Source: an uncultured Acidobacteriota bacterium
GTDB taxonomy: Bacteria > Acidobacteriota > Thermoanaerobaculia > Gp7-AA8
NCBI GenBank assembly: GCA_963822445.1
Contig: CAWGHO010000001.1
Location: 32,001 to 96,000, forward strand
Direction of reading: 5' to 3'
Length of the DNA: 64,000 nt
In this document: piece by piece, positions 10,986 to 23,394 of the stretch
Layout: every line of letters begins with the position of its first letter
Position numbering within the stretch: the stretch's first letter is position 1
The notes under the pieces: generated by a model
Seen by the model: only the letters and a program-made list of their open reading frames with translations
What the model was told of the DNA's origin: nothing
The model's database searches: none
Program-made: the position numbers and the translations under genes

Positions 10986-11191
10986 AGAAACTACCGCCTG
11001 AAAGGCGGTAGACTCCGCGCGCGACTGAAAGTCGCGACCGCGCCGCCTGCGAGCGGTAGTTTCTTCATAGGCGGGACCTGTGGTCCCGCTAGTCCAACGT
11101 GCCCGGCCAGCTCGAAGCAGCCGCTCAGACCGGACCGGCTGGAAGCTGACCGCCTGAAAGGCGGTGGGTTTAGACCTGGCACGTTGGACTA
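10983..11191. repeat. Highly structured palindromic element (candidate IS200/IS605-end-derived miniature element or ncRNA)
   Basis: 15-bp IR 10983-10997/11053-11067; 14-bp IR 11090-11103/11178-11191; three TGAAA-loop hairpins; hairpin 11071-11089. Confidence 0.7.
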
Positions 11192-11302
11192 AAGACGATG
11201 AACCCGCTGCATGCCTTCCAGGCGGCGCCCGTTTCGCCGCCTGCTGGTGAAAGCCCGGGTTCGAACACTTCTGTGCATACGCTCAAAAGCGTCGTTCCGC
11301 GC

Positions 11303-13229
11303 ATGACGATTCTCGACCGCCTTCGCGATCTGCCTGTCGGTCGCGCGGCGACTGCGGCGGTGCTCATGGTGCTGCTCGGCTTTGCCGTGTCCGTCGATTT
11401 CCCCCGCGCCTCTCTTGGCTTCAAGGGCGACGAGGCGACCTATTACAGCCTGACCCGAAGCCTGGCGCGGGACTTCGACTTCACCTATCAACGGCAGGAT
11501 CTCGTTCGCGTCTGGGAGGAATTCCCGGGTCCCGAAGGCATCTTCCTGAAGCGCGGCAGCCGCGTCGATTTCGAGCGGTCGTCGGTTTCCGTTCGTGCGG
11601 ATGATCAGGACCGAGGATCCCGCGCGGGGACGGCTGTATTTCGCCAAGTCCGTACATCTATCCGCTGTTTGCCGCGCCCTTCGTCCTCGTCTTCGGCACC
11701 AACGGATTCCTGATCTTTCACGCGCTCCTGCTCGCGGCTGTGCTACGGCGCCGCGTACAAGTTCATCGCGGCGCGCGGCGCGCGTCCCGCGCTGGCGGCG
11801 GCATTTGCCGCGGTGTTCCTGTTCGCGTCGTCGTCCCGATCTACTTCGTGTGGCTGATGCCGGAGCTGTTCAACTTCACGACGGTGTTGTGCGCTTACTT
11901 CCTCTGGAGCTACAAGCTGGTCGCCGCTCCAGGTGAAGGGACTCGAAGTTCGAACGGTTTCTGCACTCGCCTCGATCCGATTACGCGGCCGCGGTGCTGC
12001 TCGGCATCGCCACCTTCTCCAAGGTCACCCATATCGTTCTGATTCTCCCGATCCTCTTGCTGGCGCTCATCCGCCGCCGCTACGCGTCGGTGTTCGCGCT
12101 GGGGGCGACCTTTGCGCTGGTCTTTGCGGCGCTGCTGAGCTGGAACGCGTTCACGACCGGCGAGTTCAACTTTCAGGGAGGGAATCGCAAGTCGTTCTAC
12201 AGCCGCACCGGGTTTCCGTTCGCGAACGACTGGGAGACGTTCGACAACCGCGGGCAGACGCTGGCCACCGACGCGTTGCCGTTCGACATCCTGCTTCATC
12301 GCGACACCGCCACGGTCCTGCTCTGGAATCTGTGGTCTTCGTGGCCGGCAGATACAGCGGGCTGCTGCCATATTCTTCCCCGGGCTGGTGGCAGCTGGAT
12401 TGTTCCTGGCGTTCCGTGCGGGATCGCCAGCTCTGGCAGTGGCTCACGGCGGCGCGACGGCGGGGCCGTCGGTCTGCTGTGCTACATGCCGTATACGCTA
12501 CTCGGGCGGCGGTGGGCCGATCGGGAACCGTTATTTCCTGAGCTTCTATCCGCTGTTTCTCTTCCTGCTGCCGCCGCTCCGCAGCGCCGCTCCGATCATT
12601 GCCGGCCTGGCGGTAGGCGCGCTGTTCACCGCGAAGCTCGTATTCAATCCTTTTTATACGTCCTTCAACCCTGGTGAGCACGCAAAGGCCGGCCCGCTGC
12701 GGATGCTGCCGATCGAGCTCACGCTGCTGAACGATCTCCCGGTCAGCGCCGATGTCGATCGCGCGCGCCGGACGCTGGCGGGCACGCCGCCGATCAGCGC
12801 CTACTTCGTCGACAACGGCGCCTATCCGCCCGAAGGGGAAGCGTTCTGGGTGAGGGGCGGAGCCCGAGCCGATCTGATCCTGCGGGCGCCGATCAAAGGC
12901 GGTCCGGACGAGCCGGTGACTTCGATGCGGGTGACGTGCCTGGACCGTGGAAGTCATCAACAACGGGAAGGTTGCGAACCGCGTGGTCGTGTCCACGCGT
13001 GCGGGGAGCCAGACCCTCAGGCTGGCGGCTGGCGAGGAGCGGGTCGTCGAAGTGAACGCCGGAGCGGGCGTTCCCTACAAACCGGCGCGGTATCCGACCA
13101 ACTACGTCTACGCGATGTCGATATCCACCGACAACGGCGGTCGTGCCGTTTCTCGAGGATCAGAAGAACACCGACAGCCGCTATCTCGGCGCGATGATCC
13201 GCCTCGTTCCCATCTACTTCAATCCGTAG
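11303..13229 (+). CDS. Polytopic membrane protein, GT-C-like glycosyltransferase with periplasmic C-terminal domain (frameshifted)
   Basis: TM1 followed by KGDEATYY acidic loop motif; many TM segments; GGGPIGNRYF. Confidence 0.7.
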
Positions 13230-14765
13230 CAGCGTCCGGATTCACAGGCTTGCAGATGAAGAGGCCGGGAATCAACGTCCGGCCCGTCGTCGCAGAAATC
13301 GATCGACAGCCGGATCGCTTCGCTCCTGTGTTGATCGACGATATGGTTGTATTCAAGCACCCGGCTGAAATCGGTGGCCGCGACGATGATCTGTTCGTTG
13401 GTGAGGAACGTCGCCACGTACGACCGCCAGTAGTCGCTGTAGGCGTATTTGATCCCTCGCGCCGCGAGATGCCTTCCGATCAGCTGCTTGTAGCTGGTCG
13501 GCGGGTTGCGGACTACTCGGTCACCATGCGCACGTGCGGCGCCGCCGTGACTACGGTCAGCAGACAGACGATGCCGATCCAGGTGGCGCGAAGCGCCCGC
13601 GATTGCGCGGCCTGCAGGAACCACGCGCCCAGGCCGATTGCTCCCAACACCGACAGCAGCTCGTAGCGGAGGATGTGATGGTGCAGGACTCCGCAGCGCG
13701 CGATGACGTAGCCCGCCGAGGACAGCAGGCCAATCGTGATCAGGAAGAGGGGGAAGGCATATTCGGGCCGCCAGCGCCGTTCGGTTACGAGCCGGTAGGC
13801 AATCGTTCCGATGGGGAGAAGCATCGCCGCCAGGAGCAGCACCCAGGATCCTGGAAAGCCCTGGGCCACGGTGGTCTCGATGCCGAACTCCGACAGGTTC
13901 ATCGGCTGCGTCCCGAACAGCAGCGGGTAGTGCGTCGTGATGAGGGCCGCGACGCCTCGCGGCACCGTGCTGACGTCCGTGCAGATTCGGCTGGCCAGTT
14001 CCACCACGTTGTTGCTGGCCGTCATCAGATTCGCGATCGAGGAACCGGGGCCCGCGGCGGAGGAGTACTGCTTGAGGAACTGAACGACAAGCCACACTTC
14101 GGCGGCGATCCGAAATGTCGCGAGGCGGCGGCGGAGTCCCTCTCGCGTGAACAGCTCTCCCTGAATCGTCTCAACGAACAGCAGCGCAACGCCGGCATAA
14201 AGGGTGAACTCGCGCTGGAGGAAACCGAGGCCGAAGAAAAAGCCGCACCAGGCCGGCCGCATCCGCGTGACCCAATCAGGACGGCGTAGACGAATGGCGC
14301 GAAGTTTCCCCCGTTGGGCGCGAGAATTTCCGCGGCCACCGCGGCGGCCGGTACGGCGAAGAACAGCACCGGGACGAGAGCCAGGCGCGGACGCAGGCCG
14401 GCCTCCCGTTCCAGAACCCTCAGCAGCAGGAGCGCGACGGTGAGGTTCAGCAGGAGCAGCGGCAGTTTGAGCGTGGTAACCGAGATCCCTGCCACGGCGA
14501 AAAACGGAGCGGCGAGATAGGCCTCGACGCCGAGCATGTAGTGCTGGCCGTAATAGAACAGCGGGAACGCGCGGCCTTCGATGAGGTGTTTGCCCATCAG
14601 GCCGATGATCGCCTGGTCGGAGTCGAAGTAGGACTGTTCCCAGAAGACGAAGACAATCGATCGGAGGAGGACGAGCAGGACGACTGCGCCGGCGACGATC
14701 CATCGCTCACGGCGGATGTGAGCGTCATCGCCGGCGTGCTGTTCGGGCATTCGCGGAATTATCAT
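13214..14765 (-). CDS. Polytopic membrane protein, GT-C-like (frameshifted)
   Basis: FDSDQAIIGLMGKH after TM1; FYYGQHYMLGVEAY; late SDYW motif. Confidence 0.7.
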
Positions 14766-14839
14766 ATGTTACGAAGAGCAACACCGGGATCGGCTCATCA
14801 GCTGTCGCTCCCGGCGCCGACTCCGACACCACGCCTCAC

Positions 14840-16050
14840 ATGACGACGCCGGGCAGAAACTCAACGTGCTCCAGGTCTGCGACCATCTCGGGTGGGAAGG
14901 ATCGCGGATGCACGGCGTCAAGCGGCTGTTCAGCGTGGATGATTCCGCGCTTCGACCGCGACCGGTTCAACGTCTCGCTCGTCAGCCTGCGCAAGAAGGA
15001 CCTGTCCGAGGAGACCCTCGAATCGCACGGGATCGACATCACCTACCTGCAGCAAGTCGAAGTTCGATCCGCTCGACGCTGCCCGCGCTGCTCAAAGTCA
15101 TGCGACAGAAGCAGACCGACATCCTGCACCTGCACGGTTACGGCGCCACGACCTTCGGCCGCGTTGCGGCAGCGATCAGCGGATGCCGGCGATCCTGCAC
15201 GAGCACGCGAACCTGACCGACACGCCGTGGTTCCAGAAGGTCGCGGATCGCCGTGCTCGAGCCCGAGACCGACATCGCGCTGGCGGTGTCGGAGAGCACC
15301 GCCGAGTTCGTGGTGAAGGCGCGGCAGTTCCCGCCCGACAAGGTCAAAGTGGTCTACCTTGGCGTGCCGCTGGACGAGTTCAGCCGGCCGCGCAGCCAGG
15401 ATGACATCGCCCGCGCCCGCGCGGACCTTGGCGTCAGACCCGGCGAATTGGCCGTCGGCGCGGTAACTCGCCTGCACGAATCCAAAGGGAATTCGTACCT
15501 GGTCGATGCGGCGGCGCAGGTCCTGGCCCGCCGTCCCGACGCGCGGTTCTTCCTGGTCGGAGAGGGGCCGCTGCGGCCCGGGCTCGAAGCGCAGGCGCAG
15601 GCGCTCAATCTGGGTGATCGATTCGTGTTCGCGGGGTTTGCCCGGGATGTGGCGGCGGTTCTCTCGGCGTTCGATCTCAGCGTCTTTCCTTCGCTCTGGG
15701 AGGGCACGCCGCTGACCGTGTTCGAGTCGCTGGCGATGGGGAAGCCAATCGTGGCCACCGACGCGGATGGACTCGTCGACGTCCTGACGCCCGATCATGA
15801 CGCCCTCATCGTGCCCAAGCGCGACGCGCCAGCGCTGGCCGCTGCCATCGTGCGGCTTCTCGGCGACGAACCGACGCGCGTGCGGCTCGGGGAGACCGCC
15901 CGTCGGACGGCGCAGCAGTACAGCATCGAGTCGTTCGTGACGAAAATGGAGCGTCTCTACGAGCTGCTGCACCGCGTCTCACGCCCGACGCACCGGCGCG
16001 GCGTGCTCTCGGAGGATCTCTCCTTCCTGACGAGCCGCGTGACGGCATGA
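14840..16050 (+). CDS. Glycosyltransferase family 4 (frameshifted N-terminus)
   Basis: RLHESKG; VFPSLWEGTPLTVFESLAMGKPIVATD. Confidence 0.92.
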
Positions 16051-16057
16051 CCTGGCC

Positions 16058-17059
16058 ATGAGCCGCATCGCGGTCGTCACGTCGAGCCCGCCACTGACCG
16101 GCGGCGGGCACATGGTGATCGCGCGGTCGCTGGTCGCGGGCGCTTCAGACGGCGGGCCACGACGCCGACATCGTCGTCACGCCCGCAGAACCGCTTCGGC
16201 CGGCAGGGGTCGGCCTATCTGGCGACCTGGCGGACCGATGTCGGATCGAGCGACCGGCGGCCGGATCGATCAGGTCATCAGCCTGCGATATCCCGAGCTA
16301 TGCGTCCGCCACGCGGCACGTGTGCTGGCTCAATCACACGATGCGGGAGTACTACGACCTGTGGGAGCGCTTCAGCGCGATCGCTGAGCTGCGCAGGGCC
16401 GGCTCAAGGAGCGCAGTCCGCCGCGCGCTCATTCACGCCGCCGATCGGTATCTGCTGACGCGCAACGTCGATCGGCTGTTCGTGCAATCGGCGACGGTCC
16501 AGCAGCGCCTGGCGATGTGGCCGGCGCTGCGCTCCACGGTCCTGTATCCGCCGGCGCCGCAGCGCCCGTATCGCTGCGAGCGGCTACGGCGACTTCGTGT
16601 TCATGGTGTCGCGGCTGAATCCGCTGAAGCGCGCCGATCTCCTGGTCGAGGCGCTGGCCACCCCGGATGGCGCGGGGATCCGCGCCGTCATCGCCGGTGA
16701 CGGCGAGGATCGCGACCGGCTCGAGCGCTGCGTCGACCGAGCTCGGTCTCGCGGACCGCGTCACGTTCACCGGCCGGTCTCGCAGCCACAGCTGCTTCGA
16801 TCACCTGGCGCGTTGCCGCGCGGTGTGCTTTCCGCCGTTCAAGGAGGACTACGGGTTCGTCACCGTCGAGGCGTTCGCCTCGCGCAGAGCCGTGATCACG
16901 TGCACCGACTGGGGCGGGCCGGCCGAGCTCGTGAGGACGGCGTCAGCGGCTTCGTGTGCGAACCGGCGCCCGGCGCTCGCGCGCGCGATGCGGCGGCTGA
17001 TGGACGATCCGCCGCTCGCGGAGCGGATGGGGCAGCGGCGTCGCGCCGGCGCGGCCTGA
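16058..17059 (+). CDS. Glycosyltransferase family 4 (frameshifted)
   Basis: SRLNPLKRAD; EDYGFVTVEAFASRRAVIT. Confidence 0.85.
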
Positions 17060-17120
17060 CCTGGCCGGACGCCGTCCGACAGCTGACCAGCGTCGGAACG
17101 CGTGGTACCGAAGCGGACCG

Positions 17121-17935
17121 ATGGCGTACACCTCGCCGCTCGAAACGCGCATCGCCAAGAAGGTCACCGGGCGATCACCGATCACAAGCTGATCGAGGAC
17201 GGCGATCGGGTCATGGTCGGGCTGTCGGGCGGCAAGGACAGCTGGGCGCTGATCCAGATCCTCGACGTGCTGCGGAAGCGCGCGCCGATCGACTTCTCGC
17301 TCGTCGGCGTCAACATCGACTCGGGCTACGAGGGGTACCGGCACGAGCTGACCGAGACCTGCGCCGGCCGCGGCTGGGAGTGCCGGATCGAGCACACCAA
17401 CATCGGCGAGACCATCGAAGACATCCTGCGAGCGACGACACGCCGTGTTCGCTGTGCGCGCGGCTGCGCCGCGGCGTGCTGTACCGGCTGGCCGACACGA
17501 AGTCGGCGCCACCAAGATCGCGCTCGGGCATCATCCCGACGACTTCATCGAAACGCTGCTGCTGAACATTTTCTTCGCCGGCTCGATCAAGGCGATGCCG
17601 GCGCGGCTCGTTTCCGACAACGGCGAGCATGTCGTCATTCGCCCGCTCGTCCTACGTGCTGAAGTCGGAGGCCCGTGCGTACGCCAAGGAAGCGAATGCT
17701 GCCGATCATCGGCTGCTGCTGTCCGGCGTGCGGCGACCTGAGTCTGCAGCGCCAGCGCATGAAGCGGCTGATCGCGGAGCTCGAGGTCGAGCATCCCGAC
17801 ATCAAGAGCTCGATGATCAGGGCGCTCGGCAACGTCGCGGGACGCCATCTGCTCGACAAACGTCTCAATCCGCTGCCGGAACTTCGCGACGCGATCCCGC
17901 GCGACCTTGCCGTTCCGCTCCGCCTGCACCGGTGA
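17121..17935 (+). CDS. ttcA: tRNA 2-thiocytidine biosynthesis protein TtcA family (frameshifted)
   Basis: PP-loop SGGKDS; [13 protein letters not shown]; KIALGHH.DDFIET; IIGCCCPAC. Confidence 0.85.
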
Positions 17936-19878
17936 TCGCCGGGCTCGTCTACGTCCTCCTCTACGTCGCGGCCGCCGTTCCCGGCCTTCCGATTGGCTGG
18001 CGGATGTTCGGCCGCGACAACGCCACCGGGTGGGTGGCAGGGGCGATTGTCGGCTACACAGTCACGGCGCTGGCGATCTGGATCGCGATTCGCGGCGGCA
18101 TCCCGAGCGGCGTTGCCTTCGTCGCGATGTGGGGACTGTTCTCCCTGGCGACGTGGCTCGTCGTGGACTGGCGCGCCGCGCCGCTCTTTCCGGTCGCGCC
18201 ATGGCGCCGGGCGGACACCATCGGACTCGCCGGCGTTCTCCTCCTCACGCTGATCGTGGCCGTGCCGCCGTTCGCCAGGCTCGGCAGCCGAGACGCCGCC
18301 GGCAATCGCTACTACCGTGCGTACTTCACGGCGGACTTCGTCTGGCACACGGCGCTGACGGGAGAAATCGCGGAAGTTCTCGATGCCGCCGCGCAATCCG
18401 TTCCTGCGGCATCGGGCGATTCACTACTACTGGACCTACTTTCTCGTTCCCGCGGCGATTTCGGCAACCGGCCCAGGCGATCTGCGCGACGTCGAGAAGT
18501 GCCTGAAGCTGAATGCGGTCTTCACCGGCATGCTGCTGATCTCGGCGCTGTTCCTTAGCGTGCGCGCCGCGGTTCCTGTCCCGGCCGCTGTGGCAGTGAG
18601 CGTCGGGCTGGCCTTCATCGCGGCGAGCGCCGAGGGACTGACGCAGATCTATCTCCTGTGGCGCGATGGCATTCCGTTCAGCCACCTGGCAGAGTTCAAC
18701 ATCGACGCGATCTCCGCGTGGCGGTGGGGCGGATATCGGGTCGATGGCCTGCAGCGCGCCATCTGGTACAACCCGCAACACTCGATGTCGGGCGCGGTGG
18801 GGCTGGTCGCGTTGACGGCGGCCGCGGCCGGGGGAAGCGGCCGCGCCATGACCGCAGGACTGCTCGTGGGTGTCGCGCTTGCCGGGTCCGTGCTGATGAA
18901 TCCCTTCGTCGGCTGCGTGTTTTCGCTCGCCTACGGCGTCGCCGCGATCGTTGACGCGCTGCGTCAGCAGGCCTGGATGCGCAGCGTGCTGAACAGCGCG
19001 ATGGCCGTCCTGCCGGTCCTCCTGGCGCTCGGCTGGTGCGTCGAGAACGATGTCCTGTCCGGCGCTGGAGGTGCCCTGGAGTTCGGGTTCGACGGGCCCT
19101 CGGTGAACTCTCCGTTCCTGACGCTCATGGTGTCGCTCGGGCCGGCCCTCGTTCCGGCGATCGGAAGTCTGGTCGTTCGCAGCGGCCCCGCCTGGCGGCC
19201 CGCTGGTCCCTGCCGCCACGATCGCATCACTGTCGCTGATCCTGATGTACTTCGTGCGGTTGTCCGTCGACGAGTCCTGGGTTGGATTTCGCACCGGCCA
19301 TTTGCTGCTGCTGTCGCTGCCGTCGCTGTCCGCGCGCTTCTTTGCATCCACATGGCCGAAGGCCCCAGTCCTTGCGGCGTCAGTCGCAGTGGCTGTTCTG
19401 GTCGCTGGCGCCCCGACGCTGCTCATCGATGCGTACAACGCGCAGGACATCGGCAACCGCTCTCCCGGGCCGGGATTCCCGTGGACCCGGGTCGTGACAC
19501 CAGCAGAGCAGGAGGCCTTCCGCTGGATCCGTGAGCAGACACCTGAGACAGCGACGGTCCAGCAGGACGCGCTGGCGCGTCACCCGACGACATGGTGGGT
19601 GGTGCCGACCTTCGGCCACGGCGCATGGCCGCGGGCCTGCCCCCGTTCATGCTCGACATGCCCGAATACCACGAGAAAGCGGCGGCCGTGCGGCTGGTGT
19701 ACGCGACGCATGACGCAGCCGAGGCGAATGCGGTTGCCCACAGCCTGCGCATCGACTATCTCTACGTCGATGGCGTCGAGCGCCAGGCCTATCCGGGAGG
19801 CGTCGCGAAGTTCGACGACCCTCGCTATTTCATTCCTGCGTTCCGAATGACCAGGTGGCGGTGTACCAGGTGCGCTGA
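17932..19878 (+). CDS. Large polytopic membrane protein, GT-C-like (frameshifted)
   Basis: ADFVWH, PPRNPF..HYYW, many TM segments, C-terminal AFRWIREQTP..IDYLYV soluble domain. Confidence 0.65.
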
Positions 19879-19882
19879 GGAT

Positions 19883-20583
19883 TTACCCGCGCCGGTACCT
19901 CCAGAGAGTCCTGGTGGCGATGAACCAGTCGCGCAGGCCGATCTTCTTGCCTTCCGCCGCGCTCCGCGGGTAGTAGCGGATCGGCACTTCGGCGATGCGC
20001 TGCGCCGCGCGCCAGCATCCGCGCGGTGATCTCGTGATCGAGCTCGAAGCCGGTGGTCTCGAGCGGCAGCGACGGCGAGGTCGGCGCGGTGGAACAGCTT
20101 CAGCGCGGTCACCGTGTCGGTCAGGTAGCGGCCGGTGAACAGCCAGCGCGATCAGCGCTCAGGCTTCGGCCGCCGAGATACGCGGCCAGCGACTGGTTCG
20201 GGTGCCGTCCCCGCCCGAGGTACCGGCTGCCGTAGACGATGTCCGCGCGTCCGCTCAGCAGCGCCCGCAGCATCGGCAGGTAGTCTTGCGGGTCGTACTC
20301 GAGGTCGGCGTCCTGGATGATCAGGTAGTCGCCGGTCGCGGCGCGCGATGCCGGCGCGGACCGCCCGGCCCTTGCCGCCGTTGCGTTCCATGCCGGATGC
20401 AGCGTGCACGCCGGCGACGCCGCGACGATCTCGGCCGTCCGGTCCTCGCGAGCAGTCGTCGACGACGATGATCTCTGTCGCGACGCCCAGCGGCGGCAGA
20501 TCGACGGCCTTGATCTGCTCGAGCAGCGTGCCGATGAAGCGCTCCTCGTTGTAGGCGGGGATGACGATCGACAGCGTCTTCAC
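19883..20583 (-). CDS. Glycosyltransferase family 2 (polyprenol-phosphate sugar synthase-like), frameshifted
   Basis: LSIVIPAYNEE; IIVVDDCS; GKGRAVRAG; IIQDADLEYDPQDY. Confidence 0.9.
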
Positions 20584-21348
20584 GGATCGGCCGGCCTCGT
20601 CCGCAACCAGTGCTTCGACCGCGCGCAGGTCCTCCGGCGTGTTGATGCCCATCGCCTCCATCGGGATCGGTGCACGGAATCGGTGATGACCGTGCCGTGT
20701 CCGGCCAGCCACGGAATGAACGGCAGGAAGTTGCGCTCGCCGGTGCCCGCGCCCGGCTGCACCTCGCGCGCAAAGCGGGGCAGCTCGATCTCGAAGGCCG
20801 CGCGCGACAGCGCGAACAGGCCGATGTCGCTCTCGCCTGTCGGCGGGCAGCTTGTCGCCCTCGCGCTGCTGCAGCACCGGCCGGATCCGGCCGCTGTGCG
20901 TCGCGATCGAAGTGAATGTACGAGTCGGCGCGCCATACGGTCGGAAAAACCATGGCCGGCGGCGGCAGCGCCTCAGTCTCGCTGGCAAGCCGCGCCAGCG
21001 TCGCCGGCAGCAGGCCAACCTGATCGCACCAGACGATCCACACGGCGTCCGGCTGGCGGCTGCCACCGCCCGCGTGGCCAAGCAGGATCGCGTCGAGCAT
21101 GCCGGTCGGCGCTGTCTGTTCGGCAATGGTGATGCGCAGCCGTGTGTTCCACTCGCGATCGACATGCGCGGCGATGTCGCGCGAGAACGACGGGTTCGCG
21201 ACGATGACCGCGGCCTCGACGTACGGCGCCGACAGGTCCAGCAAATGGTCGAGCATGGGACGGCCGTTCACCGGAACGAGTGCTTTCGGGTCGATGTCTT
21301 CAGGCGGGAGCCGAGCCCCGCGGCCGGCACGATCAGCAAGCGGCGCAT
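20580..21348 (-). CDS. Nucleotidyltransferase (NTP-transferase family), frameshifted
   Basis: PAAGLGSRL; NGRPMLDH; EQTAPTGMLDA; VWCDQ; GINTPEDL. Confidence 0.85.
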
Positions 21349-21465
21349 GCGCAGGAAGATGATTGTATGCTCCCGGCGCGCTCCGGGTCGCATGCTATAC
21401 CCGGCCTCGCTGGGACGTTCTGATCGCCTGCCGTCGTTTACGCACAGCAGGGGCCCCGCCTCACC

Positions 21466-23389
21466 GTGATTGCACGCCATACCGAGCCTGTCACGTCGTC
21501 GTCTTTCGGGTGGCCGCGGTTCGAGCGGTCCTCTCGAAGGAGCTGATCCGGCGTCGCCGACGTCCGGCTCACGCTCGCGATCAACGGCTACGACGACGGA
21601 ATGTCGACCGGCGAGGTGCGGCGGTTTCTCGGCGACAGCCTCGGGCCCTCAGACTTCCGCAAGAACGCCTCGCATCTCGCGCGCGACCTCGGCGCTGTCG
21701 GATCGAGCTCGTCGACCTGCTCGATGTCCGGCCTCCCGGATGGCGTCGACGCGCGAAGCCGCGCTGGCGTTTCTGCGTGAGCGATCGATCGAGCCCGAGC
21801 AGGTCTCGCCGACCGGTTCGAGGGTTCGCGCGCGAGCTGCCAGCGACCGGCAAGCCGTTCGACTTCGCCGACTGCAGCGTCGGCAACCTGGTGTTCGCCG
21901 GGGTTTTCTGCGCGCCGGGCAGGCGCTTCAACGACGCGCTCGACGACTACTGCGCACTGCTCGGGCTCGAGCCCGGCGTCTGATCGAGAACGTGTCGGAC
22001 GGCACCGACGCCTACCTCGTCGCCCTCGATCTCGGCGGCCGGCTGCTGCCAGCGAAGCGGACATCGTCGATGCGAACGCGGCGCAACCGGATCAAGCCGA
22101 CATTTACCTGTGGCTCGGCGGCTGACACCGCAGGACGGAGGCGCGAAGTCGCCGGTATGACCGCCGCGGATAGTCGGCCGCCGTCGCCAGCTCGAGCGGC
22201 AGATTCCGGCCAATCCGCGGCTGCTGCAGCGGCTCGCCGAGGCCGACCTGATCGTCTACTCGCCGGGCACACAGCATTCGTCGCTGTTTCCGTCGTACCT
22301 GACGCAGGGGCTGAGCGCCACGATCGGCGCCAATCTGAAGGCGGTCAAGCTGCTGATCACCAACATCCAGCCGGATGCGGAGATTGCCGACGCCACCGCG
22401 GTCGAGATCATCGAGAAGGCGGTGCACTACCTGCAGGAGAAGGGACGCCGGTCGCTGCCGGCGCCATGTCTGATCACGCACTACGTGCTCAACGATCCGC
22501 GCGGCTCGGACCAGGCCCCTACGTACCGCTCGGACGCTTGGACAGCATCGAGGACCCAGGCTGGTGAGGATCGGCAACTACGAGGATGGCGTCACCGGCC
22601 GCCACGACGCCGCCAAGGTGCTCGGACCGTTCATCCAGTCGCTGCTCCCGCGCCGCGCCAGCGCGTGGCGCTGTGGCTGCACGATGCGGATTCGCCCAAC
22701 AAGGTGGCGCAGACGCTGCTGGAGCTCGTCCGCGCGCGCATCCAGTCGCTGCCGCTCGAGATCACGGCGTTCTACAGCCGGCCCCGGGAGCACTCGATGC
22801 GGAGTTCGTGGCGACGCTGCCGATTCAGGGCGTGCCATGTCGCCGCCGGCGCACCGAGTTTGCCGCGGAGATACCCCCAGCCGGTTCGACTACGTCATGC
22901 TCTTCGAGTCGTCGGGCATGTACAACGGCGAGGACGTCGCCAGCCTGGCGTCGTATCTGACCTCCGGGCGGCTCGATTCGGTGTGGGGGAGCAGGCGGTT
23001 GTCGGTCAGGGACATCGAAGCCTCGATCCGCCTGCCGTACAAGCACGAGCCGCTCCTGCGTGCGCCAGCGTCGTCGGCAGCCATGTGCTCAGCGTGGCTA
23101 TCTCGTGCTGTATGGCGGTACATGTCGGACACGCTCTCCGGCGCGCGCGGCTTGCGCGTCCGGCTATTGTGCTCGCCGAAGAGACATCGTTCGCCGACCG
23201 GCTGCTGAATCAGCAGCTGCTCTCCGGCTGCTCTAGAATCGCGCCGAAATCCTCGAGACCCGGTCCAGTTCCATCCGATGTCGCCTGGGCAAGGTGAGGC
23301 GGACGAGTATCATGGAAGGGATCCACGCGCTCACCACGATCGTCCGGGAGCGTTTGCGGCCTGCAGCGCCTTCGTTGCAGCGTGACTGA
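21466..23389 (+). CDS. YvcK/CofD-family domain apparently fused to a degenerate GT2-like C-terminal domain (heavily frameshifted)
   Basis: GGRGS; NGYDDGMSTG; GPSDFRKN; SVGNL; ADLIVYSPGTQHSSLFP; then SGMYNGEDV, DSVWGSRR, SDTLSG. Confidence 0.7.
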
Positions 23390-23394
23390 GAGAG

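Noticed and set aside
11245-11275. tRNA-like GGGTTCGAA
   Set aside because: No acceptor, D or anticodon stems can be built around it
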